Shown: one piece after another, positions 24,850 through 38,478 of the stretch
How positions within the stretch are numbered: the stretch's first letter is position 1
Layout of the letters: each line of letters begins with the position of its first letter
Assembly: GCF_963921235.1 (NCBI RefSeq)
Contig: NC_086108.1
Location: 92,568,001 to 92,632,000, forward strand
Source: Mobula hypostoma
Lineage: Eukaryota
Length of the DNA stretch: 64,000 nt
Reading direction: 5' to 3'
Translations under genes and position numbers: made by a program
Notes under the pieces: model-generated
The model's input: only the letters and a program-made list of their open reading frames with translations
Told to the model about the DNA's origin: nothing
Database searches by the model: none

Positions 24850-25600
24850 TTATGCTGCTGACGCATGACTGCATTGCTAGATCCAGTTCAAACCGAATCA
24901 TCAGGTTCGCTGATAACACAACAGTGGGTGGCCACATCAACAGCCATGACGGGACAGCGTACAGAGAGGAGGAAGAGTGGCTGGTGCGAGCACAACAGCT
25001 TGGGTCTCAACGCGGACAAGATCAAAAGATCAAAGAGATGATTATGGACTTTAGAAAGGTGTGGACTGACCGCTCCTCACTGCACATACATGGCTCCTTC
25101 GTAGAGAGTGTTAGGAGCACCAAGTTTCTGGGAGTGCACTTAATGAATGATCTCATCTAGTCCTTCCAACAACCACCTCTTTCCTCAAGAAAGCACAGCT
25201 AAGTCTCCACTTCCTGAGGATATTGAGGTGGGTGAGGCTCCCCCCTCCCCAATTCTGACCAGTTTTTACAGAGGCACCATTGAGAGTGTCCTGACCAGCT
25301 GCATCACTGTCTGGCACAGGAATTGCAAGGCACCTGACTAATGGATTATAAGGACTGCTGAAAGGATCATTGTAGTCTCTCTTCCATTCATCCAAGACAT
25401 TTATCAGGAGCACTGTATATGCAAGGCCTTCAGCATTGTCAGTGATCCCTCCCATCCCTCCCATCTCCCTCCCATCTTGATCCCCTACCATCAGGCAGGA
25501 GGTACTGTAGCGTTAGGACAAGGGCTGTTAGGATGGAAACAGCTTCTTCCCCCAAGCCGTGAGTCCACTGAACTCCCTGCCACCACCCAGGTCTCATCAT
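24850..25600 (+). mobile_element. Rex1/Babar LINE fragment
   Basis: THDCIARSSSNRIIRFADNTTVGG, KEMIMDFRK, KFLGVHL and FYRGTIESVLTSCITVWH. Confidence 0.82.
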
Positions 25601-27250
25601 GTATGAAGTGCCAGAACGTTTACATTTTAACATGTGTTGCAAATGCACCTAATTATTTGTTAATTTATTCAAGCATTTGTCTTACAAAACTGAAGAATTT
25701 AATTAACGATAGAAACAAGTATGTAAGCATGCAAGGTAGCTTTTGTGGAGGAAGAGAGAGAGTTAATGTTACAGTTCAGTGTTTCTCTATTTTCCACATG
25801 GCCTTCTCCTGCTTCTCCTTCTGGTGTTCAGATCCAGATTACTTTCACCCTCTATTGTCTCAATTCTGTCTGGATGCGTAGCGACATCTGGTCTGCACAT
25901 GGCCACAAGAATTTGCATAGAATTGTGGACACAGTACTGCGCAGGAGGAATTTATTTTAGCCGGAGGGTAGCGGATCTGCGGACTGTTCTGCCACAGACT
26001 TCGGCAGAGGCCAAGCCCGTGGGTAGAAGTTGATAGTTTCCTGATTGGTCCAGGCATCAGGGATATGGCGTGAAGGCAGGTGTGTGGGCTTGAGTGGGGT
26101 CCAGGGTCAGCTACGATGGAATGGCAGGGCAGACTCGATGGGCTGAATGGCCTAATTCTGCTCCTGTGTCTTATGGTCTTATCAGAGGAACTGGCTTCCC
26201 CTCAATGGACATTGTCTACACCTTTCTCTGCCTCAGTAAACCAGCCAGCATAATCAAAGACCCCACTCACCCTAGGCATTTTCTCTTCTCTTCTCTCTCT
26301 TCAGCTGAAAGATACAAAGGCCTGAAAGTGTATACGTACATCAGGATCAATGACAGCTTCTACCTGGCAGCTGATAGCAGACTCTTGAACAGACCTTTAA
26401 TCCAATAGAATGGACTCTTGGTGTCACAATCTGCCTCGCTGTGATCTTGCACTTTATCACGTACTTGCACTGCACCTTTTTGATAGCGTTTACACTTCCT
26501 TCTGCATTGTTATTGGCTTACCTTATTCTACATCAATGTACTGTGTAATGATTTGATCTCTATAAACAGAATGCAAGACAAGCTTTTCACTCTATCTTGG
26601 TACATGGGACAATAATAAACCAATACTAAATAAGCTTTCTGTCTAGAATTTTGAAAGAATAAAGTATTCTAATTCACTATTCAGTATTCCCTCGTTTAGA
26701 TATCAAAGCGCATATAGCATGAAAACAGGCCTTTCAGCACAACAGCTCTGTGGGAATTCTATTTATCCAATATTCCCATATTTCCAGATTCTACCACTCA
26801 TCTACACACTAGGGATAATTTACAGTGGGCATGCAAATGCATGCCTTTGGGATTCGAGTAGAAACTGGAGTACTTGGAGGATGCCAACATGATCACAGGT
26901 AGAAGAGAAATCGTGCCACACAGAAAGCACCAGGTTGAGACTGAACCCATGGGCTCACTTTCAAGGACTCCACAACACATGTTCTCTATACTATTTATAT
27001 ATTACTATTGCTTACATTTTTTTGAATTTGCATATTTTGGTTTCTTTTGCACAGTGGTTGCTCGTCAGTCTTTGTGTGTAGTTTTTCATTTATTCTATTG
27101 TATTTCTTTGTTCTACTATGAATGCCTGCCAGAAAATGAATCTCATGGTAGTATTTGGTGCAGTTTCCAGTGACGTGATCCAGAGATCATCACTCAGCAG
27201 GTCTCCAAGCAGCCAAACACCGCTCATTGGAATTGTGATGCAGGGCATTA

Positions 27251-28114
27251 GTCATAGTCATAGTCATACTTTATTGATCCCGGGGAAAATTAGTTTTCGT
27301 TACAGTTGCACCATAAATAGTAATAAAACCATAAATAGTTAAATAGTAATATGTAAAATTATGCCAGGAACTAAGTCCAGGACCAGCCTATTGGCTCAGG
27401 GTGTCTGACCCTCCAAGGGAGGAGTTGTAAAGTTTGATGGCCACAGGCAGGAATGACTTCCTATGACGCTCTGTGTTGCATCTCGGTAGAATGAGTCTCT
27501 GGCTGAATGTACTCCTGTGCCCAACCAGTACATTATGTAGTGGATGGGAGACATTGTCCAAGATGGCATGCAACTTGGACAGCATCCTCTTTTCAGACAC
27601 CACCGTCAGAGAGTCCAGTTCCATCCCCACAACATCATTGGCCTTACGAATGAATTTGTTGATTCTGTTGGTGTCTGCTACCCTCAGCCTGCTCCCCCAG
27701 CACACAACAGCAAATATGATAGCACTGGCCACCACAGACTCGTAGAACATCCTCAGCATCGTCCAGCAGATGTTAAAGGACCTCAGTTTCCTCAGGAAAT
27801 AGAGATGGCTCTGACCCTTCTTGTAGACAGTCTCAGTGTTCTTTGACCAGTCCAGTTTATTGTCAATTCGTATCCCCAGGTATTTGTAATCCTCCACCAT
27901 GTCCACCCTGACCCCCTGGATGGAAACAGGAGTCGCTGGTACCTTAGCTCTCCTCAGGTCTACCACCAGCTCCTTAGTCTTTTTCACATTAAGCTGCAGA
28001 TAATTCTGCTCACACCATGTGACAAAGTTTCCTACCGTAGCCCTGTACTCAGCCTCATCTCCATTGCTGATGCATCCAACTATGGCAGAGTCATCAGGAA
28101 ACTTCTGCAGATGA
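27251..28114 (-). mobile_element. Young Rex1/Babar LINE 3' fragment with (gactat)n tail
   Basis: 199-aa ORF KTKELVVDLRR...YKYLGIRIDNKLDW...SFLPVAIKLYN. TSD catta at 27246-27250 and 28115-28119. Confidence 0.9.
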
Positions 28115-30120
28115 CATTACGCGAGACAGTGCCAATACAAGAAACAAATACGTAGCAAATACCAATGCCGTGGTCACAAAGGAGGATTTTGCCATCATTC
28201 AATGTCTTCTAAGCTGGAGAAATACTAGGGCAAGAAGTTTCAAAGGCTAACAAAATCTACAAGGAGTTGATGATCCCATTCAAAGTTGACTTTACCACCG
28301 AGAGGTGGTATGTCAACGTATTTATCAACAATCTGTCAGTTAAGCTACAACTTGATACGGCGTTGGGCATCACCACTATCTCCAAACACATGTGGCGGGA
28401 ACTTGGGTCTCCACCAGCCACATCAACTCATGATTCCGCCTGCAGTGTGTCAGATGGAACACTGCAGCTGACTGATGAACTGCCCTGCACGGTGGGGCTG
28501 AACGGTAACCAAGTCAACAGCGTTTGTTACCTAATACACCAGCCTTGGCATTGACTGGACGGGCAAGCTTGAATTCTGGTGCATCCATCTGGATGAGGTC
28601 TATATGAAGATATTGGCCGTTCAAATCATGTCAGTCAACGCCATACCATTATCCGTATGTGAGACCATATAACAACCACTACAACAGCACAATGCAGCAG
28701 TGTTTCAAGATGGTTTAGGTTGCTGCACCAAATTACAAGCAGAATTCCATCTCGGTCCAGACACCAAGCCATTCTGCTGCCCAAAAGACCAGTACCATAA
28801 GCAACCTTGCCAATCATGGGGCAAGAGATAGATCGCCTGCAGCAAATTGGTGTGATCAAAGTTGTGGACTACTCAAATTGGGCATCTCCAATAGTTATTT
28901 ACAAGGAAGCCAATAGTACAGAGACGTTGCATGCAGACTTCTCAACTGGAGTTCAGACTGCGGCTCTGGAGACACACCAGTACCCATTACTGGTACCCGC
29001 AGATCTCTTTACAAAGTTGAATGGTGGTCACTAATCTGCAAAGTTGGACTTGGCTGAAGCCCACCTCCAGGTAGATGTGGCAGAAATGCACAGGAGCTTC
29101 TCACCATTTCAACACATAAGGGGTTGTTTTCCTTCCTCCGCCTGCCTTTGGGTGTAAAGGCAACTCCTTTAATTTTCCAACTGCTTATGGACACCATGCT
29201 GAGTGGTACTGATGGTGTTGCCGTTTACCTCAACGACATCATTATGGTGAGCATGGATCAGGCAGAACTATACCAATGCCTGGACCACAACTGCAAGACT
29301 GGACTGCAACTTCGAACAGAAAAATGCACCATCCTGGTGTCTTCAATCAAGTGTCTGGGTTTCATCATAGATGAGTATGGTCATCACCCAGATGTCGAAA
29401 ACACCACTTCTTTCTTAAAGATGCTTCCACCATCAGATGTCAGCAACTTGCGATGAATTCTGGGCATGATCAGTCATTATTCAGCATTCCTCCCAGCGAG
29501 GCACCGGCTGAGGGAGTCGCTCCAGGCCCTGCTCAATAAGGATGCCACATGGAAATGGTCCAAACAATGCCAAGAGGATTTTGATCAGGTGAAGAATATA
29601 CTGTCATCCGACCTTCTCTTGATGCATTTCAACCCAGAGTTTCCAACCATCGTTGTGACAGATGCATCCAAATACGGGGTGGGTGCTTTCATATCCCATA
29701 TTTTCTTCAATAATTCAGAAAAAGCTGTCATGTGTGCCGTCAGATCACTGACCACAGCAGAAAGGAACTATGGAAAAATTGAGAAGGATGCCTTAGGAAT
29801 CATCTTTGCTGTGAAGAAATTCCACAAGATGCTTCACTCTCCTTACCGATCACAAGCCACCATTGGGCATCTTGGGTCTAAAAATAGCATCCTGGTGTAT
29901 ATAGGAGGGCAGTGATGTTATTGGCCCACAATCAAGTACACGTCAGCCCAGGAACTTGATCAGGTAGCTGCCCTCTCTGGATTTATGAATCACCAGTTTA
30001 CTGAAAATAAAGACACAGTCGTGGCTGTGGTGTCAGTTGACCGCGGTCCACCAGAACGTATCAGATGCTGCTGAGGGTCTTCCAGTCACAGTTGTCCAGA
30101 TAAGAGCCAGGACACAGTTG

Positions 30121-31875
30121 TCGGCTATGTATGGAACCAAAAGAAATGGGGGAGATCTTAAATGGGTTTTTTGCGTCTGTATTCACTAAGGAAACTGGCA
30201 TGGAGTCTATGGAAATAAGGCAAACAAGTAGTGAGGTCATGGAACCTATACAGATTGAAGAGGAGGAGGTGCTTGCTACCTTGAGGCAAATCAGAGTAGA
30301 TAAATCCCCAGGACCTGACAGGGTATTCCCTCAGACCTTGAAGTAGACTAGTGTTGAAATTGCAGGGGCGCTGGCAGATATATTTACAATGTCAGTATTT
30401 GTGGGTGAGCTGCTAGAGGATTGGAGAGTGGCTCATGTTGTTCCATTGTTTAAAAAAGACTCTAAAAGTAATCCGGAAAATTATAGGCCGGTAAGTTTGA
30501 CGTCGGTAGTAGGTAAATTATTGGAAGGAGTACTAAGATTTAGGATCTACAAGTATTTGGATAGACAGGGACTTATTAGGGAGAGTCAACATGGCTTTGT
30601 GCGTGGTAGGTCATGTTTAACCAATCTATTAGAGTTTTTCAAGGAGGTTACCTGGAAAGTGGATGAAGGGAAGGCAGTGGACGTTGTCTACATGGACTTC
30701 AGTAAGGCCTTTGACAAGGTCCCGCATTGGAGGTTAGTTAGGAAGATTCAGTCGCTAGGTATACATGGAGAGGTAGTAAATTGGATTAGACATTGGCTCA
30801 ATGGAAGAAGCCAGAGAGTGGTAGTGGAGGATTGCTTCTCTGAGTGGAGGCCTGTGACTAGTGGTGTGCCACAGGGATCAGTGCTGGGTCCATTGTTAAC
30901 TGTCATCTATATCAGTGATCTGGATGATAATGTGGTAAATTGGATCAGCAAATTTGCTGATGATACAAAGATTGGGGGTGTAATGGACAGTGAGGAAGGT
31001 TTTCAAAGCTTGCAGGGGGATTTGGACCAGCTGGAAAAATGGGCTGAAAAATGGCAGATGGAGTTTAATACAGACAAGTGTGAGGTATTGCACCTTGGAA
31101 GGACAAACCAAGGTAGAACATACAGGGTTAATGGTAAGGCACTGAGGAGTGCAGTAGAACAGAGGGATCTGGGAATACAGATACAAAATTCCCTAAAAGT
31201 GGCGTCACAGGTAGATAGTGTGGTAAAGAGAGCTTTTGGTACATTGGCCTTTATAAATCAAAGTATTGAGTATAAGAGCTGGAATGTTATGATGAGGTTG
31301 TATAAGGCATTGGTGAGGCCGAATTTGGAGTATTGTGTTCAGTTTTGGTCACCAAATTACAGGAAGGATATTAATAAGGTTGAAAGAGTGCAGAGAAGGT
31401 TTACAGGGATGTTGCTGGGACTTGAGAAACTGAGTTACAGAGAAAGGTTGAATAGGTTAGGACTTTATTCCCTGGAGCGTAGAAGAATGAGGGGAAATTT
31501 GATAGAGGTATATAAAATTATGATGGTATAGATAGAGTGAATGCAAGCAGGCTTTTTCCACTGAGGCAAGGGGAGAGAAAAACCAGAGGACATGGGTTAA
31601 GGGTGAAGGGGGAAAAGTTTAAAGGGAACATTGGGGGGGGGCTTCTTCACACACAGAGTGGTGGGAGTGTGGAATGAGCTGCCAGATGAAGTGGTAAATG
31701 TGGGCTCACTTTTAATATTTAAGAGAAACTTGGTCAGGTACATGGATGAGAGGTGTATGGAGGGATATGATCCAGGTGTAGGTCAGTGGGACTAGGCAGA
31801 AAAATGGTTTGGCACAGCCAAGAAAGGCCAAATGCCTGTTTCTGTGCTGTAATGTTCTATGGTTCTATGGTTCTA
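30121..31875 (+). mobile_element. CR1 LINE, 5'-truncated, with 380-aa RT ORF (30389-31531)
   Basis: NYRPVSLTS, QHGFVRGRSCLTNL, DFSKAFDKV, GVPQGSVLGP and KFADDTK. Tail (ttctatgg)n. Confidence 0.95.
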
Positions 31876-32329
31876 ACAGCTGCAGATCCTCTTCTTCAGT
31901 ATATCTCCTCATACCTTGTTGACAGAAGGCCAGCCAAGGTTGAGGAAGATGTCATACTCTTTTACCAACATCATACATGCTCTCAACTGTGGACTCTTGC
32001 CTAATATTTGGAGATAAAATAGTGATGCCACAAATCAGTGTTCTATGGTAGCAAAGAATCTAAGTAGAGCCAATTCACAACCATGGCCTCAGCCTAGCAG
32101 ACCCGGGAGTCAAGTACATGTTGATTTTGCTGGCCCAATCAATGGGTGTATTGACCTTGTCCTGGTTGGTACCTATTCCAAATGGCCAGAAGTATTACCT
32201 GTGAATTCAACAATGACAGAAGCTACCAATCAACAGCTGCTGCAGATCCTCAGCCACTTCGTTTCTGACAAAGGCACTCAATTCAAATCACAGCAGTGTA
32301 CTGCATTCTGCTGGAACAGCTAGGCCAAC

Positions 32330-33886
32330 ACAAAGGCCTGAAGGTGGATAAGTCACCTGGCCCAAATGGACGACATCCCAGAGTCCTGAGAGAGGTTGCT
32401 GAAGAGATAATGGATGCATCAGTCAAGATCTTTCAAGAATCACTTGATTCTGGCATGGTCCTGAAGGACTGGAAGGTTCCAAATGTCACTCCATTCTTTT
32501 AAGAAGCGAAGAAGACCAAAGAAAGAAATTATAGGCCACACACATCAAAGTTACTGGCGAACACAGCAGGCCAGGCAACATCTCTAGGAAGAGGTACAGT
32601 TGATGTTTCGGACCGAGACCCTTCGTCAGGACTAACTGAAGGAAGAGCTAGTAAGAGATTTGAAAGTGAGAGGGGGAGGGGGAGATCCAAAATGATCGGA
32701 GAAGACAGGAGGGGGAGGGATGGAGCCAAGAGCTAGACAGGTGATTGGCAAAAAGGATATGAGAAGATCATGGGACAGGAGGCCCAGGGAGAAGGAAAAG
32801 GGGGAGTGGGGGGAAAACCCAGAGGATGGACAAGGGGTATAGTCAGAGGGAGAAAAAGGAGAGAGAGAGAAAGAATGTGTGTATATAAATAAATAACAGA
32901 TAGGGTATGAGGGGGAGGTGGGGCATTAGCAGAAGTTTGAGAAGTCAATGTTCATGCCATCAGGTTGGAGGCGACCCAGACGGAATATAAGGCATTGTTC
33001 CTCCAACCTGAGTGTGGCTTCATCTTTACAGTAGAGGAGGCCGTGGATAGACATATCAGAATGGGAACCATTCCCATTCTGATATGTCTATCCATGGCCT
33101 CCTCTACTGTAAAGATGAAGCCACACTCAGGTTGGAGGACTATTATCTAAATGGGAAGAAGGTTCAAACATCAGAGGTGCAGAGGGACTTGGGAATCCCC
33201 ATGCAAGACTCCCATAACGTTAATTTACAGGTTGAGTCTGTGGTAAAGGCAGCAAATGCAATGTTGGCATTTTTTCCAAGGGGAATAGAATATAAAAGCA
33301 AGGAGATAATCCTGAGCCTTTATAAGACTCTAGTCAGGCCTCACTTAGAATATTGTCAACAGTTTTGGGCCCCTTATCTCAGAAAGGATGTGTTGTCATT
33401 GGAGAGGGTCCAGAGGAGATTCCTGAGGATGATTACAGGAATGCAGTGATTAGCATATGAGGAGCGTTTGGCAGCTTTGGGCCTGTACTCAATGGAATTT
33501 AGAAGAATATGGGGGGATCTTATTGTAACCTATCAAATGTTGAAAGTACTAGATAGGGTGAATGTGGAGAGGGTGTTTCCTATGGTGGAGGTAGCGGAAC
33601 CAGAGGGCACAGCTTCAAATTTGAGGGGTGACCCTTTAGAACAGAGGTAAGGAGGAATATTTTTAGCCAGAGATTAGTAAATCTGTGGAATGCTCTGCCA
33701 CAGACTGCGGTGGAGGCCAAGTCTGTGGGTATATTTAAGGTGGAAGTTGGTCGCTTCCTGATTGGTCAGGGCATAGTAAGATATGGCAAGAAGGGAGGTG
33801 TATGGGGTTGAGTGGGATCATGATGAAAAGGTGGAGCAGACTCGATGGACTGAATTCTGCTCTTCTGTCTTATGGTGTTGTAGTCT
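32330..33886 (+). mobile_element. CR1 LINE with Penelope insertion and deletion of the RT core
   Basis: KVDKSPGPNGRHPRVLREV...NYRP, then jumps to DYYLNGKKVQTSEVQRDLG...LVRPHLEYC after the insert. Confidence 0.88.
32537..33139 (-). mobile_element. Penelope 3' fragment ending in a fold-back inversion
   Basis: Terminal repeat with tagtc-CTGACGA-agggtctcggtcc-GAAAC-ATC (32597-32634) and the GIY-YIG C-terminus. Inverted repeat arms at 32999-33067 and 33071-33139. Confidence 0.88.
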
Positions 33887-33946
33887 AATTATCCACAACC
33901 GCTCTTCGGCAGAATCATCCACAGTCCAACGGCCAAGCAGAGAGAC

Positions 33947-36480
33947 ATAGAACACTACAACATGCAAACAGGCCTTTCAGCCTGTCTAATCCACGCTGAA
34001 CCTTTAATCTGCTGAGTCCCATCAACCTGCACCAGACCATACCCCTCCTATCCATGTACCTATCCAAATTTCTCTTAAATATTAAAATCGAACTCACATC
34101 CACCACTCGCGCTGGCAGGTCATTCCACACTTTCACCGCCCTCTGAGTGAAGAAGTTCCCCATTATGTTCCCAGTAAACATTTAACCTTTTGCCTTTAAC
34201 TCAAGACCTCTGGTTGTAGTCTCACCCAACCTCAGTGGAAAAACTCCTGCCTGCATTTACTCTATCTATACCTCTCATAATTTTGTACACCTCTAACAAA
34301 TCTTCCCTCAATCTTCTCCATTCTAACCATTTCAACCGTTCCCTATAACTTGAGTCCACATGTCCCAGCAACATCCTTGGCCAGCTAGTGGCACAGTGAC
34401 ATCAGCGCCGGACTTCGGAGCGAAGGCTCCAGAGTTCGAATCCAAGTCGGGCCACCCCCCCCAACCCCCAAGCACGCTTTCCATCCGTGCCGGGTTGAGT
34501 GTCGAGCTAGCCACTCGGCCTCGTAAAAAAACAAAGGTCGAGTCCCGGTTAATTCGAAAGGAGACCAATCCTGACACTACGCGCCAGATAAGAATGGCTG
34601 ACTGTCTGGTGCAACATGCTAGGAAGGAAGCAACATCCTTGTAAATTTTCTCTGTACTTTTCTAAACTTATATACATCTTTTCTGTAGGTAGGTGACCAG
34701 ATCTGAACACAATACTCCAACTTAGGCCTCACCAACATCTTCTACAATTTTAACATAACATCCCAACTCCTGTATGCAGTACATTGATTTGTGAAGGCTA
34801 ATGTACCAAAAGCTTTCTTTGCAACCCTATCTACCTGTGATGACACTTTCAAGGAATTGTCTGTATTCCCAAATCTGTCTGTTCTACTGCACTCCTCAGT
34901 GCCTTATCTCTTACCATGTTAGACCTTCCCTGGTTGGTCCTATCGAAGTGCAACACTTCACACTTGTCTGCATTGAATTCCATGTGCCATTTTTTCAGGT
35001 AATTTCTCCAGCTGATGCAGATCCTGCTGAAAGCTCTGATAGTCTTCCTTGCTGTCCACTACATCCCAGTTTTGGCGTCATCCCCAAATTTGCTGATCCA
35101 GTTAACCACATTATCATCCAGATGACAAACAACAATGGACCCTGCAGCACTCCACTAGTCACAGGCTTCCAGTCAGGGAGGCAACCATTTACTAACCACT
35201 CACTGGCTTCTCCCACAAAACCAATGAATAATCCAATGTACTACCTCATCTTGGATGCCAAGTGACTGAACTTTCTTGACCATCTTACTATGCCGGACCG
35301 TGTCAAATGCTATGTTAAGGTCAATGTAGACAACATCCACTGCCTTGCTTTCATCAGTTTTCCTGGTAAGTTCCTCGAAAAACTTTATAAGGTTGGTTAG
35401 ATATGAGCTACCGTGCACAAAGCCATGTTGACTGTCCCTAATCAGTCTCTGTCTAATCAAATTCTTAAATATCCAGATGCTTGCTTGGAACACCTTCCAT
35501 CAACTTTCCCACAGCTGATGTCAGCCTCACTAGCCTATAATTTCCTGGCTTATTCTTAGAGACTTTCTCAAACAACGAAACATCTTTAGCTATCCTCCAA
35601 TCCTTCGGCACCCACCAATGGCTAAGGATGCTTTAAATATCTCTGCTGAGACCCCTGCAATTTCTGCACCAGTCTCCCACAGGGTTCGAGGGAGTACCTT
35701 GTCAGGCCCTAAGGATTTTATCCTCCCTAATTTGCTGCTGTGCCTCACATCAAAAGAATCTGTCCATTTCCCATTTAAATACAGATGCAAAAGATCCATT
35801 TAAGATCTCCCCCATCTCTTTATGCCCCACACATAGATTACCACTCTGATCTTCCAGAGGACCAATTTGTCCCTTGTTATCCTTTTGCTCTTAATATATC
35901 TGTAGAAGCAATTAGAATTCTCCTCCATTTTGTCTGCTAGAGCAACCTCCCATGCCTTCTTTTAGCCCTCCTGATTTTCTTCTTAAGTGCTCTCTTGCAT
36001 TCCTTATACTCCTTAAGTACCTCATTTGTTTCTGCCTGCCTATCTTAACTGGGGCCTCAATATTTCTCCAAAATCAAGGCTCCTTAAACCTGTTATCCTT
36101 GCCTTTTATTCTGACAGGAACATACAAACTGTGTACTCTCAAAATTTCACTTCTGAAAGCCTCCTACCAACCAAGTACACCTTTGCCAGAAAACAGCCTG
36201 TCCTAATCCTTTCTGGTACCATCAAAATAGACCTTTCTCCAATTCTGAATCTCAAACCAAGGACCAGACTCCTCCTTTTCCATCATTACCTTGAAACTGA
36301 AGGCATTATGATCAAGAGATGTAAATGCTTTCCTACACAAACTTCTGTCATCTGCTCTGTTTCATTCCCTAATAGGACATCTAGTATTGCACTCTCACTG
36401 CTTGGGACTTATAGGTACTCATTAAGGAAACTTTCCTGAACATATTTGGCAAATTCTTTTCCATCCAGCCCTTTAACAGT
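33947..36480 (-). mobile_element. CR1 LINE, decayed
   Basis: Minus ORFs KSLGPDKVLPRTL, SQHGFVHGSSYLTNL, AVDVVYIDLNIAFD and GNFFTQRAVKVWNDLP. Confidence 0.9.
34380..34628 (+). mobile_element. tRNA-derived SINE with 13-bp TSD
   Basis: A-box-like tggcacagtg and B-box gagttcgaatcc. TSD agcaacatccttg at 34367-34379 and 34629-34641. Confidence 0.88.
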
Positions 36481-36614
36481 AAGAAGAACTTAATGTCAAA
36501 TTGGGAATATAAAGGAGAAGAGGAAAAAAACACCATTGCTTAATGAATTTAATGTGCTTTTCTTGATTTGTGCATATTTTCCACTAACTTTCATATAAGT
36601 AACCTAGTACCTTC

Positions 36615-37975
36615 AAAGTTCAGAGTAAATTTGTTATCAAATATATATATTATATGTCACTATATATAACCCTGAGATTAATTATCTTTCAGACAGACTC
36701 AATAAATCCATAATAGAATAATAACTGTAACAGGATCAGTTAACTTGGGTGTTCAACCAGAGTGCAAAAGACAACAAACTGTGCAAGTACAAAAAGAAAG
36801 AAATAATAATATTAATAATAAATAAATAAGAAATAAATATTGAGATTATGAGATGAAGAGTTCCTGAAAGTGAGTTCATAGGATTGTGGGAACATTTCAA
36901 TGATGGATTAATTGAAGTTGAGTGAAGTTATCCCCTTTGGTTCAAAAGCCTGATGGTTGAGGGGTAGTAACTGTTTCTGAATGTGGTGGTGTGAGTTCTG
37001 AGGTTTCTGTACTTTCTTCCTGATGGCAGCAACAAGAAGACAGCATCCTTGGGTGGTGGGGGTCCCTGATGATGGATGCTGGTTTCCTGAGGCATTGTTT
37101 CATGTAGATATGCTCAATAGTGGAGAGATTTTTACCCATGATGGACTGGGCCGTATCCACTACTTTTTGTAGGATTTTCCATTCAAGCGCATTGGTGTTT
37201 CCGTACCAGGCTGTGATGCAGCCAGTCAGTATACTCTCTACTACACACCTATTGAAGTTTGTCAAAGTTTTAGATGTCATGCCAAATATCGCACACTCCT
37301 ATGGAACTAGAGGTGCTGCTGTGCTTTCTTCATAATTGCACTTACATGTTCAGCCCAGGACATGTCCTCCGAAATAATAACGTTGAGGAATTTAAAGTTG
37401 CTGATCCTCTGCTGAGGACTGGCTCATGGACCTCTGGTTTCCTTCTCCTGAAGTCAATAATCAGCTCCTTGGACTCGCTGATATTGTGTAAGAGGTTGTT
37501 GTTATGGCACCACTCAGCCAGAATTTTCAGTCTCTCTTCCATATGCTGATTCATCACCATGCTTTGCTTCGGCCCTTGTCAGTGGTGTCATCAGCAAACT
37601 TGAACATGGCATTGGATCTGTCATTTAGCCACGCAGTCATAAGTGTAAAGCGAGTAGAGCGGGGGGGACTAAGCACACAGCCTTGTGGTGCACCCGTGCT
37701 GATGGAGATCATGAAGGAGACGTTGTTGCCAATCTGAACTGACTGGGGTCTGCAAGTGAGGAAATAGAGAATCACATGCACAAGGAGGTATTGAGGCTAA
37801 GGTCTTGAAGCTCACTAATTAGTTTTGAGGGGATGATAGTACTGAATGCGGAGCTGTAGTCAATGAAGAGCATCCTGATGTATGCACCTTTGTTGTCCAG
37901 ATGTTCCATGGTTGAGTGCAGAGCGTCTGCTGTGGACCTAATGCTCCAATAGGTAAATTGAAGCGGATCCAAGTC
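36615..37975 (-). mobile_element. Rex1/Babar LINE fragment
   Basis: [45 protein letters not shown] and VVESILTGCITAWYGN. Confidence 0.88.
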
Positions 37976-38179
37976 ATTTCTAAAGATATATATAAATGAT
38001 ATTTATACTGATCTGCTATATGCCAAAAGAGAAATATGCCACAGGATATTCTGTCTCCTAATTTAATATTTAAATTAAGTTTCTCATCCACACACACCTC
38101 CCCCAGGCATGTCACAGCTGCTGAATTCACAGTAGGATATGGGTTAGTCTCTAAAACCGACCAAGATCTGATGGAAGAT

Positions 38180-38478
38180 GTGGGGCGACAAAATAGTGTA
38201 GCGGTTAGTGCAACACTACTACAGCTCGGAGCATTGGAGCTCAGAGTTCATTTCCGGTAAGGAGTCAGTAAATTTTCCCATGATCATGTGAGTTTCCTCC
38301 AGGTGCTCCAGTTTCCTCCCACAGTCTAAAGACATACCGATTAGTAGGTTAATTGGTCATTGTAAATTGTCCTGTAATTATGCTGGGGTTAAATAGGTTG
38401 GTTGCTGGGCAGTGAGTCTCATTAGGTTGGAAGGGTCTGTTTAGTGCTGTATCGCTAAAGAAAAAATAAATAAATAAA
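38180..38478 (+). mobile_element. V-SINE/HE1-like SINE
   Basis: tRNA-like head tagtgtagcggttagtgc...gagttcatttcc, V-type core and (aaat)n tail. Confidence 0.75.

Larger units (their letters stand above)
27160..33946 (+). mobile_element. Ty3/Gypsy LTR retrotransposon gag-pol remnant, interrupted by Rex1, two CR1 copies and Penelope
   Basis: Gag knuckle WNCDAGHY|ARQC; protease LQLDTA; RT WASPIV and VAVYLNDII; RNase H TDASKYGVGA and IEKDALGIIFAVKKFH; integrase HVDFAGP, YSKWPEV, SDKGTQF and HPQSNGQAER (~33917-33946). Confidence 0.9.

Noticed and set aside
33084..33449. Apparent fusion ORFs: Penelope-CR1 here and CR1-Rex1 at 55476-55889
   Set aside because: They are chance in-frame joins at insertion junctions of dead fragments.
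34380..34450. tRNA gene (also 40076-40145)
   Set aside because: The A and B boxes are SINE heads followed by a SINE body and TSD, with no complete cloverleaf.
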